Shown here piece after piece: positions 17,054 to 25,445 of a stretch of 32,000 bases of DNA; the first letter of the stretch is position 1, and each line of letters opens with the position of its first letter. Location of the stretch: contig NZ_CP096016.1 of assembly GCF_023650515.1 (NCBI RefSeq), forward strand, positions 523,130-555,129, read 5' to 3'. A program made the position numbers and the translations under genes. This stretch comes from Alkalimarinus coralli (lineage in GTDB: Bacteria; Pseudomonadota; Gammaproteobacteria; Pseudomonadales; Oleiphilaceae). Under the pieces are notes generated by a model. It worked only from the letters and a program-made list of their open reading frames with translations. It was not told the origin of the DNA and did no database searches.

Positions 17054-19636
17054 TTATGACTTTAAGATTGCTTGTTGGCTGGTTAGCCACTGAGTCAGTT
17101 CTGTTAACGGAATAGGGCGACAGAGCCAGTATCCTTGTAAATAGTCGCACCCCATATGCTTGAGTAAACGCGCTGTGTCTTCATCCTCAACGCCTTCTGC
17201 AACGAGTTTGTAGCCAAGACTGTGGGCCATATTAATCGTTGTCTCTACAATAATCCTGGCGCTATCGCTAGTACATATGTCCATGACGAGAGATCTGTCT
17301 AATTTGATTTCCGTAGCAGGCAATTCTTTTAGATAAGAGAGGGATGAATAACCGCTGCCAAAGTCATCAATTGAGACACGAAGCCCGGAATCTGTCAGCT
17401 CTTTTAGAACGACCAAACCGTTTTTCGGGTTTTCCATAACGGCTGTTTCAGTCAGCTCTACTATGAGTCGCTCAGCTTTAACATTATGACGGTTTAAACT
17501 TGATTTGATTAGCTCATTGAGCCCACCTGAATCGAGGTCGCGAGCGGAAATGTTGATCGATACGTTTAGTTTAGGGTAGTCGCCAAGTAGCGATGCCAGG
17601 TCACTAATAGCGCGCTCAAATGCCCAACGCGTTAACTGGGTGATTACGCCTGTTTCTTCCGCAAGCGGGATAAAATCGTTCGGGTAAACCCAGCCTCGTT
17701 CAGGGTGGTGCCAGCGAATGAGTGCTTCCAGGCCGATAATATCACCATCAATCAGGCAGGCTTTAGGTTGATAGTAGAGCTGTGTTTGATTCTGAAGTAA
17801 CGCCTCTCGCAAGTCGGACATCAGTGTCAGCCGGCTCTCACTGTATATATCATAATCTGGAGAATAGACGCCTGCTTCTTGTCTACCGTGTGGCGCAATC
17901 TCCATCCCGACATGAGCGTTGCGGATTAGAAGGGCTGCATTATCACCGTGCACAGGGTAACTTGCTGCACCAAATTTAGGGTGTAGCTCTATCGCTAAAC
18001 TATCCATTAATACAGGCTCTGACAGGCGTTTAAGCAACTTGTCAAGGTGCGAAAATTGATCACCTATATCATTGGCGTTGATGAGAATACCAAAACAATC
18101 TCCTGACAGTTGATAGACCCACTCTTCACGTCCAACACTATCGTATACACTATGAATACCGGGCAATTGGGTCGCTAACTCAGTCATTTTCTTAGCTATA
18201 CGATCGAGAAGGCGTTCGCTTCGAGTTAGTCCGAGTGTTCTGTTTACTTCATCGATGCGAGTTACCCGTGCGACTCCCACTATGTAGTGACCATTGGGAT
18301 CGCGTTCCAGTTGTTGGTTAACCACCCACTCAAACTGGTTTCGATTGGGAAGTTGTGTAATAGGGTCATGCAACATTGCATCGGTAAGTTTGTTATGAGC
18401 TTCATGCCTCGCTTTTTCTTTTCGTAAACTATCGGATTGCGCTTGAATTTTTTCTTCTCTTTCACGATATAGTCGGTCTGCAAGGGCTAAAGTGAGAATA
18501 AACGCTTCTAGCCCTGAGCCGATTTGCATGGCGTACTGGGTCACAAAGTTTTCAGGAAAAAAACCAACTGACCGGCCTGCAGTTGCTAATACGCCGATTG
18601 TGAGTGGTGACCATGCGATCGTAAAGAAAGCCCCGGCACGTGAGCCTGTCATCCATGTAATCGGACCTGCGGCGAATAAGATGGAGAAGAAGAAAAAGGC
18701 TGAAATAGCAGAAATCATGATGGCGGTGTTATAGCCGAAGAGTAATGCGGAGAAAAAATTGAAAATTTCAAAGTACAGCAACGCCCTGAGGGTTAGGTCT
18801 AGTTTTGGGCTGTGGGATTTTGTTTTCAGAAACTCTCGGCAGAAAAGCACTGAAAAGAATGCCAGAATTGGCATTGATACTAATAGTGCACGACCATGGA
18901 TGGTTGGGGATTGAGGGTACAGGTGTTGAAAACTGTATCCAAGTATGGATGTGAAAAACAAAAGGTATCCAGCAATGGCAAGTGCATAATAGAGATATAG
19001 CTTTTCTCTTAATGTTAAAAATACCGCCAGGTTGATTAAAATAATAACGGTTAGGCAGCCGTAGTAGAAAAAATGAAGTTTTTGTTCTTTGGCTGTAGCC
19101 GCAAAATAATTATTCTCACGCCATATTTGAAACGGCAAAATCATTGAACCATTGGTCTGTATTCGAATATAGAGTGTCTTTGTCTGCTCTGCTTCAAGGT
19201 TAAAACGCAACTGCATATTAGGGTGATCGACCTCTCTCGGGTAAAAAGGGCGAGTGTCGCCTGTTGCGAATGTATGAATTTGCTTTTTCCCCATGAAGAC
19301 ATAAAAAACAACATCGTCTAATTGAGAGTAATCAAGCGCTGCAATTAGGTTAAGGTTCATAGGCGTTTGATTGTTGATAGAAAGCCTGAGCCAATAGGGG
19401 GATTTGGTTATGCCAAAGTTTGCACTACCGTCGGGGATCAGTTGCCATTGACTGTCTGGAAGCGCCATAACGTCGCTGACGTCAGCCTGCCCGGAAGCGT
19501 CTTCTACATACTGGAATTGAGATTGAATGGGGGAAGAATCAGTAATCGTGATGGTTGGTGTATCGGCTAGGGTTAAATTCCAGGCGCAAACCAACAAAAC
19601 AGCTAAAACGAGTCGTAGGTGGGGGAATAGGGCCAC
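17054..19636 (-). CDS. 7TMR-DISM sensor / degenerate GGDEF / EAL c-di-GMP phosphodiesterase
   Basis: After a signal peptide comes a periplasmic 7TMR-DISMED2-like region, then 7 TM helices (aa ~186-385) and a coiled coil. The GGDEF-like domain has SGDCF in place of GG[DE]EF (aa 511-515). The EAL domain has intact EALIRW, NISA, ELTE, DDFGSGYSS, KLD, EGVE and QGY. The start is GTG. Confidence 0.85.
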   Translation of the reverse strand: MALFPHLRLVLAVLLVCAWNLTLADTPTITITDSSPIQSQFQYVEDASGQADVSDVMALPDSQWQLIPDGSANFGITKSPYWLRLSINNQTPMNLNLIAALDYSQLDDVVFYVFMGKKQIHTFATGDTRPFYPREVDHPNMQLRFNLEAEQTKTLYIRIQTNGSMILPFQIWRENNYFAATAKEQKLHFFYYGCLTVIILINLAVFLTLREKLYLYYALAIAGYLLFFTSILGYSFQHLYPQSPTIHGRALLVSMPILAFFSVLFCREFLKTKSHSPKLDLTLRALLYFEIFNFFSALLFGYNTAIMISAISAFFFFSILFAAGPITWMTGSRAGAFFTIAWSPLTIGVLATAGRSVGFFPENFVTQYAMQIGSGLEAFILTLALADRLYREREEKIQAQSDSLRKEKARHEAHNKLTDAMLHDPITQLPNRNQFEWVVNQQLERDPNGHYIVGVARVTRIDEVNRTLGLTRSERLLDRIAKKMTELATQLPGIHSVYDSVGREEWVYQLSGDCFGILINANDIGDQFSHLDKLLKRLSEPVLMDSLAIELHPKFGAASYPVHGDNAALLIRNAHVGMEIAPHGRQEAGVYSPDYDIYSESRLTLMSDLREALLQNQTQLYYQPKACLIDGDIIGLEALIRWHHPERGWVYPNDFIPLAEETGVITQLTRWAFERAISDLASLLGDYPKLNVSINISARDLDSGGLNELIKSSLNRHNVKAERLIVELTETAVMENPKNGLVVLKELTDSGLRVSIDDFGSGYSSLSYLKELPATEIKLDRSLVMDICTSDSARIIVETTINMAHSLGYKLVAEGVEDEDTARLLKHMGCDYLQGYWLCRPIPLTELTQWLTSQQAILKS

Positions 19637-19856
19637 TAACAGTTTACCAATTTGGTCAATGAATTCTCAATGAAAAAAACAGCTGATTGTACTGAACGAT
19701 GACTGTTTAAGGTGAGCGCTCCCATCACTGAATTCTCCGCAATTATCTCAGTGTAGACTAGTTGAGAGAAAAAATAACTAAGCAGTGTGTGTTGACGCGC
19801 GCTCAACGTTATTAGTGTTACATTGCGTCAACATTGTACCGCCTTCAGGCATACGA

Positions 19857-22154
19857 TTATCCATTCCATGACAAGAGATCGTGCTGTTTGAATCCAAATA
19901 ATTTGGTCAGTAGTACATCCGGAAAGGTCTGTATGCGGGCGTTATAGATCTCGACTGCATCCAGGTAGCCCTCCCTCATCATCGATAACTCGTCCTCAAT
20001 ATCGGTGATAGAATCCATCAGTTGCTTGATTACCTGATGGCTCAAAAGTTCAGGATATTGCTCTATGATAGCTTTCATGCTTGTTGATAGTGGGTGCGCA
20101 TTTGGCGTTTGCCCCGCCTTATCTTGGTGACTCATATTATCTGGTTGATACCGACGCCTTAATGCTGTTATCTGTTCGAGTAATGATTTTTCATGCGCTA
20201 AATAGTGCTTAACGCTTTTCTCGAGATTGGGGATTAAATCAAATCTCTTTTGAAGTACCACCTTGATGTTGGCGATGTTTCGTTCAACCCGCTGGCGTAA
20301 AAATATAATATCGTTGTAGTGAAGAATAACCATAAACCCGATCATAAATATCGGGGCCGTTAGCGCTGACAGTAGAAAGTTGTCTGGGCTGAGACCACCG
20401 CTACTGGCAAACAGAAGCAGAGCACCCAATAATAGAGCACTAAATGCCATGTTGAGAAAAATCATGCCGTTTCGGGCTTTTCGCAGCATGACTTGTTGTT
20501 CTGACAGGTTGCTCAAAATAAACGGTACTGACTTATCGCCATCGGCTATCTGTAAGCGAGCAGGGTCATTTTCATCTACCTGGGCAGAACCAATCGCGTA
20601 AAGTGTTTCATTGGGCTTCAGATACTCCTCCGTGTAGCGGTAGCGACCTTCTCGGGTTACCTTTTTGTTGCTTGAAATAACGTCGGCATTGTCGGCGATA
20701 ATTTTCATCTTGCCGGTGTAATCGGAGACGAAAAATGGCAGCTGTTTTCTCTCTTCAACCAGCGTTACCCATTTCTCGTTCTTTCCGCTTTTTCGTTTCT
20801 CTTCCTTCTTGTAGTAATACCATACGGACTTTTTGCCGGTGACAGGTGTCGTTAAATAAGCTTCACTGTCTGCGCACTCTATTTTGCCTTTTATCTCTGC
20901 CAGACCGTAAACAACACCAGAAACTTTAGAGGTCGGTATGCTTTCAATAAAACGCTTAAAGCGTATTTTACGAAACCCCACGTAACTGGCGATCAGCATA
21001 CCTGCCAAAGCGGCTAAGGCGACCCAGCGAACCCAGCTATCTGAAATACTGGTCGCTTTGAGTTGGTTAAGCTGCTGCTCTACTTTGTCTTTTTCTTCTT
21101 TAGTTAGGCCTATCGTTTTTTGTTGAATATCTATACCCATTGACCAGCCAATCAGGCTGTCGGGAAACTGTGCCAGCTGTCGTTTTAATTGGGCTTGATA
21201 GAGTGCAAGATTGACTTTTAAATCTGATAGCCGTTGTAACGCTGAGACATCAACGCCAGCATCGGCATACTCGTTGTAATTGGTGGGCGTCTCTAGTGAC
21301 AGCTCTGACTCAAGTTGTGGCACATTGGCAGCACTAATTGCTTGTTGAACGACCTCATATTGTGAGGATAGGCGTGTCATACTTGCGTTGAGGTCACCGC
21401 TTAACATGGTTATACCCAAGTGCAGCAAAACCAGTGTGAGAGTGAAGGTGAGTATTGATAGGTAGGTGATGATCCGGTGAATCTTGATCGCCCAGATAAC
21501 AAAAAGTACTGCAAATGCTAGCGCTACCAAGCCGAGCCAAATAAAAAATATACCGCTTTTGCCTTTCTCTCCCCGTTCATAGTCAAGACCGTATTTTGAA
21601 ACGATAGGGGTATAAACTCCTTCGGGTGTAAAAGCCAATCTGGCCGAACCGCTGTTTCCTAGCGCGTAGGCGGTTACACTGACCTCTTGTCCGGGCTCGA
21701 TTCGCCACTCGGTGTGACGGTACTTGCCTACGGTTGTACGCATTGATGAAGGCATTGACCAAAGAATAGGCTGGGTACGACTTTCGTTAGTTGACACGTT
21801 AATCGAGCCAGTAGCGTCAGTAATGGTAAAGTCCACGGCCCTATGCTCATCTGTTACAGTGACCCAGTGGCGATCCCCATCCGAATCGACCCTCTCTTCT
21901 TCGTGCAAATAGCGGTAGTAGACAGAGGGCGTGTCGCTATATCTGCTTTGGAGAAGGGACGCCTGAGGTGTGACTTTACCTTTAACACTGACTTCGCCCT
22001 GTAAAACCGTGTTGATTGAAATTTCCGGAATACGTTCAAGTTGTCTGATACGTTCTATTTCATCGAACCCTTTTGGCAGCAGCATGAAGGCGACAAAACA
22101 GAGCGCTGCCGCAATGCAAAGAAATAGAAGAGGAGAGGTGAGTGCTTTTTTCAT
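19857..22154 (-). CDS. Polytopic membrane protein: [TM-GIDE-like module] x2 fused to a C-terminal LemA domain
   Basis: This is a single 765-codon ORF. Hydrophobic helices lie at aa 8-26, 201-222, 228-250, 374-394, 563-585 and 592-612. Two homologous soluble modules span aa ~40-195 and ~400-555. The LemA hallmarks lie at aa ~613-765 (KRFDLIPNL, EQYPELL, YNARIQTFP..FGF). Confidence 0.7.
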   Translation of the reverse strand: MKKALTSPLLFLCIAAALCFVAFMLLPKGFDEIERIRQLERIPEISINTVLQGEVSVKGKVTPQASLLQSRYSDTPSVYYRYLHEEERVDSDGDRHWVTVTDEHRAVDFTITDATGSINVSTNESRTQPILWSMPSSMRTTVGKYRHTEWRIEPGQEVSVTAYALGNSGSARLAFTPEGVYTPIVSKYGLDYERGEKGKSGIFFIWLGLVALAFAVLFVIWAIKIHRIITYLSILTFTLTLVLLHLGITMLSGDLNASMTRLSSQYEVVQQAISAANVPQLESELSLETPTNYNEYADAGVDVSALQRLSDLKVNLALYQAQLKRQLAQFPDSLIGWSMGIDIQQKTIGLTKEEKDKVEQQLNQLKATSISDSWVRWVALAALAGMLIASYVGFRKIRFKRFIESIPTSKVSGVVYGLAEIKGKIECADSEAYLTTPVTGKKSVWYYYKKEEKRKSGKNEKWVTLVEERKQLPFFVSDYTGKMKIIADNADVISSNKKVTREGRYRYTEEYLKPNETLYAIGSAQVDENDPARLQIADGDKSVPFILSNLSEQQVMLRKARNGMIFLNMAFSALLLGALLLFASSGGLSPDNFLLSALTAPIFMIGFMVILHYNDIIFLRQRVERNIANIKVVLQKRFDLIPNLEKSVKHYLAHEKSLLEQITALRRRYQPDNMSHQDKAGQTPNAHPLSTSMKAIIEQYPELLSHQVIKQLMDSITDIEDELSMMREGYLDAVEIYNARIQTFPDVLLTKLFGFKQHDLLSWNG

Positions 22155-22270
22155 ACGTTGACTTCAAGGCCTCAAAATGGCTATTCAAAGGGTTAGGGTT
22201 TGGGGGGGCTATTTGTCATTTATACGCTAACGCTAAGATTTGTGCGCCCAAGCGGTGAATTTTACCTATC

Positions 22271-22312
22271 AATTTAAATCTATGAATTTAAATCTATGAA
22301 CTTAAACCTATA
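22271..22312. repeat. Three tandem copies of a 14-bp unit overlapping the polB stop codon
   Basis: aatttaaatctatg occurs at 22271-22284 and 22285-22298, followed by aacttaaacctata at 22299-22312. A degenerate copy aattttacctatc lies at 22258-22270. The polB TAG is the reverse complement of 22308-22310. Confidence 0.85.
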
Positions 22313-24740
22313 GAAGGTTCATTTGATTACTGGTTAATTCAGAAAATGACTCTCCCAGAAACATTACAATACCATCGACAATGGGCGCAATCTGGCGTTC
22401 TAGATAGAGGTCATAATCCAGTGGAGAAACCAGGCACTCCGTTGGCTCAGGGCCTCGAACAGTATAGGCATATTCAACCCAGCCCCGGTTTTGGTAGCGA
22501 GGCCGTCTACCTTGTTGTTGTAGCCAGTCATCCGCTTTTCTGGCGGCTTGTACATGTGGAGGGATATTCTTTTGATAGTCCGCCAATTTGCGGCGAAGAC
22601 GTTTGCGGAACAAGAGCTTCTGGTCATGTCGGCCTTCTCTGATCTCTTTGACGGTTTGTAATACGAACTCTTTATATGGCTGGCCTGTAAAAATACGTTC
22701 ATAAAGTAACCGCTGGAACTCCCTTGCCAGTGGCGTCCAGTCAGTGCGAACATTTTCAAGGCCTTTAAACACCAGTTTATAGGGGGGCTCGTCTGTGTTA
22801 CCGGGCTGAGTTGGTGGCGTTTTTATCAGGCCTGCATAACGCTTTTTGGTACCCTGGTTTGAGCCTCTCATGGTAGGCATTAAGAATTTTGAATAGTGAT
22901 TTTCATACTCCAGTTCAAGCGCGCTATCGAGTTTGTATTGCTGTGCTAAATGGTTGCTCCACCACTGGTTAACCTGTTTCACTAGCTTGTGGCCGATCTC
23001 ATCTGCCTCAGCGTTTGAAACCGGGTGCTCAATCCAGACAAATATGGAGTCGGTATCACCGTAAATAACGTGGAACCCCTGGTTTTCGATCAACGTTCGC
23101 GTCTGATTCATGATGGCATGCCCTCTAAGGGTGATCGAGCTTGGAAGGCGAGGGTCAAAGAATCGACAACCGGGTGTGCCCATCACACCATAGAATGAGT
23201 TCATGATGATTTTTATCGCTTGTGATAGTGCACTATTATTGTGTTGCTTGGCGTTATCCCTGGCATGCCAAAGTTTTTCGATAAGTGTTGGCAGAATGCT
23301 CTGTTCTTTTTTGAAGTACGCGCTGCGATAGCCTGGAGAGTATCGTGATATATCTTTTAGCGGCTCCGGGGTGTGTTCATCGTCGTCACGCCAAAGTGCG
23401 TCTGCCTCAGCTAGCCCGTAAGGGTCAATTTTGAATGAGCGAATGATGCTTGGGTACAGGCTTTTAAAATCTAACACAATCACGTTTTCGTAAAGCCCGG
23501 GCATCGAGTTCATGACGTACCCGCCAGGGCTGCCTACGCCTTGTGGGTTCTTTGGCAGATTGGGGGCAACATAGCCCTGCCGGTGAAGGCGGGGTAAATA
23601 GAGGTTTTCAAATGCGGCGACGGAGCCGCCAACTCTGTCAAGTGCGAGGCCTGTCAGCCGAGCGCGCTCTATGGCGAAATTGACCAGATCGGTTTTTGCA
23701 AAGATATCCCAGACCAGTTTACAGTCTTCAAGGTTATAGGCTGCCAGTGCGGGCTTGTCTTCGTTAAATAATCTGATGATCTCTTCACCCCGGTCATCAG
23801 GGTCGTGAATCAGCTTGCCTCTACCTAGCAGGTGCTGGCCTACATACTCCAATGAAAAGCTCTCGAAGTGGTAGGTGGCTGAACGTAAAGTGTCGATGCC
23901 ATCCAGAACAGCTCTACCAGGAACCAGCACAAAATAGTGTTTGTCTTCCTCATTCTCGTTGTCTCGGTTACCCGATGTTCTCCACTCAACAGGCTCACGA
24001 TTTCTACCGAGGCTAAATGGAATACCGAGTGCTTCGCACTTTCGGGCAAGAAACCTGAGGTCGAAGTTAATACAGTTCCAGCCAATCAGAATGTCTGGGT
24101 CGTACTGTTCGATCCAGTTAAGGAAGCCATGGATTAAATCTGATTCAGTCGCGAAATATGTACAGTGATCTGTTGTTGGGCCGTTGCCTCGCATCAGCAC
24201 GGTTTTCCTCGTTGCACTATATAACGCAATAGAGTAGAGGTGATCACCGGTAAACGATGTTTCAATATCAAATGATACGACATTGAAGCGTGGGGTGAAC
24301 TGGCAGGGCTTTAGCTTGGTGTTGAGCAGGTTCTCGCCGGCTTCTGCCTCAAAGGTAACAGGGCCAGTGATAAACCTTTCCATCAAGTAGCGGTCGGGCG
24401 CTTTTATATCCGCTTCGAGAGCGGTTATACCTGCCTTTTCCAGCCGCTTTTGGGCGTCCCGCATATTTTTTAATGAGGGAAAGTAGAATGCCGAAACCGG
24501 CTGTTGATCGAATGTTTTTAGCGGTAACGCGCGACGTCTATAAGAGATGTTCTGGCATAGCTGACTGGCTCGAGAGTCGTGCCGTGATTCGATAAAAAAA
24601 ATAGCGTCTTGCTGATGGTGTATAACGAGTTGGGGGCCTGATGGCGTATGAATCCAGAATCTGAGCTCTAATGTTGGCTTGCCATTATAATAGTGATCTT
24701 TCCATTGGCGGGTCAGTACGAAACCGTTGAAGACTGTCAT
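22308..24740 (-). CDS. polB: DNA polymerase II (family B)
   Basis: The exonuclease motifs are ExoI SFDIETS, ExoII WNCINFDLRFL and ExoIII YNLEDCKLV. The polymerase motifs are A (LDFKSLYPSII), B (KIIMNSFYG) and C (YGDTDS). The N-terminus GFVLTRQWKD and DRYLMERFITGPV parallel E. coli Pol II. Confidence 0.93.
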   Translation of the reverse strand: MTVFNGFVLTRQWKDHYYNGKPTLELRFWIHTPSGPQLVIHHQQDAIFFIESRHDSRASQLCQNISYRRRALPLKTFDQQPVSAFYFPSLKNMRDAQKRLEKAGITALEADIKAPDRYLMERFITGPVTFEAEAGENLLNTKLKPCQFTPRFNVVSFDIETSFTGDHLYSIALYSATRKTVLMRGNGPTTDHCTYFATESDLIHGFLNWIEQYDPDILIGWNCINFDLRFLARKCEALGIPFSLGRNREPVEWRTSGNRDNENEEDKHYFVLVPGRAVLDGIDTLRSATYHFESFSLEYVGQHLLGRGKLIHDPDDRGEEIIRLFNEDKPALAAYNLEDCKLVWDIFAKTDLVNFAIERARLTGLALDRVGGSVAAFENLYLPRLHRQGYVAPNLPKNPQGVGSPGGYVMNSMPGLYENVIVLDFKSLYPSIIRSFKIDPYGLAEADALWRDDDEHTPEPLKDISRYSPGYRSAYFKKEQSILPTLIEKLWHARDNAKQHNNSALSQAIKIIMNSFYGVMGTPGCRFFDPRLPSSITLRGHAIMNQTRTLIENQGFHVIYGDTDSIFVWIEHPVSNAEADEIGHKLVKQVNQWWSNHLAQQYKLDSALELEYENHYSKFLMPTMRGSNQGTKKRYAGLIKTPPTQPGNTDEPPYKLVFKGLENVRTDWTPLAREFQRLLYERIFTGQPYKEFVLQTVKEIREGRHDQKLLFRKRLRRKLADYQKNIPPHVQAARKADDWLQQQGRRPRYQNRGWVEYAYTVRGPEPTECLVSPLDYDLYLERQIAPIVDGIVMFLGESFSELTSNQMNLL

Positions 24741-24790
24741 TATTATCGCTTGTTGGTGGTGGCTAGCCTTTTGTGTGCTCTAGCTTTGAT

Positions 24791-25300
24791 TTACTCGTCT
24801 GTTTCACCTGCTATCGGGAAATTAACGCCTATTGTCCACATGGCTCCAGCGGCGCCAAAAAGTGCGATTTCAGACTGAACCCGCTTATATCTAACCCCAA
24901 TAGATGGCAATATGGCGGGGGCTACGCCAGCCTGATTTAACGGGATCTTATCTTTATACTTCCCATCGTAACCATGCATCAGCCCGCCTACAAGCTTGAT
25001 ATACATAAAATCTTGCGTATGTGGGATTGTCCAGTTGTAACCCAGGTAAGCAAACTGGGAGTTTTGGCCAAAAGAGTTCTTGAAAAATGCCAACCCGCCA
25101 AGCCAGTTTGATGCTTTTTGAAGTTCTAAATTGATCAGGTCCTGTTTGTTGTTATGATCATCTTGAGGGTCAAAGTGCACCGTATACAAGCTGGTTTGAA
25201 AATAGAACTGATCTCCTTCTTCCAACCAGTCTCCATAAACGTTAATTGAGGTGACACTGAGTACAAAAAGTAGAGAGAGGGCTGCTATATTTTGGATCAT
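24791..25300 (-). CDS. Small outer-membrane beta-barrel protein, PagP-like (possible lipid A palmitoyltransferase family)
   Basis: From ATG 25300 the signal peptide is MIQNIAALSLLFVLSVTSINVYG; the ORF is open from 25363. A by-eye alignment to E. coli PagP pairs TVHF with TWHA, GLAFFKNSF with AMAFKDSW, LGYNW with GYGW, and IP...LPSIGVRY with IP..LPLASVGY. Confidence 0.4.
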   Translation of the reverse strand: MIQNIAALSLLFVLSVTSINVYGDWLEEGDQFYFQTSLYTVHFDPQDDHNNKQDLINLELQKASNWLGGLAFFKNSFGQNSQFAYLGYNWTIPHTQDFMYIKLVGGLMHGYDGKYKDKIPLNQAGVAPAILPSIGVRYKRVQSEIALFGAAGAMWTIGVNFPIAGETDE

Positions 25301-25445
25301 TGTTCCGGCTGTTAATGGCAAGTCTAAAAATCGTGGATTATAGACGATTTTTATGGCAATCAATATGAATTTAAGCTGAAATAGTCAACAAACACCCCCA
25401 TATATTGTTTTAACTATATTTATCAGTGGGTTCCCTTTCTATTAC

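Noticed and set aside
19791-19832. The GTTGACGC...TCAAC...GCGTCAAC inverted-repeat cluster just after the GIDE-LemA stop, as a terminator or operator.
   Set aside because: The alternative stems are short (5 bp) or enclose a 26-nt loop, and the U-run is 12 nt away from the stem. It may be a weak terminator, but I cannot support a specific call.
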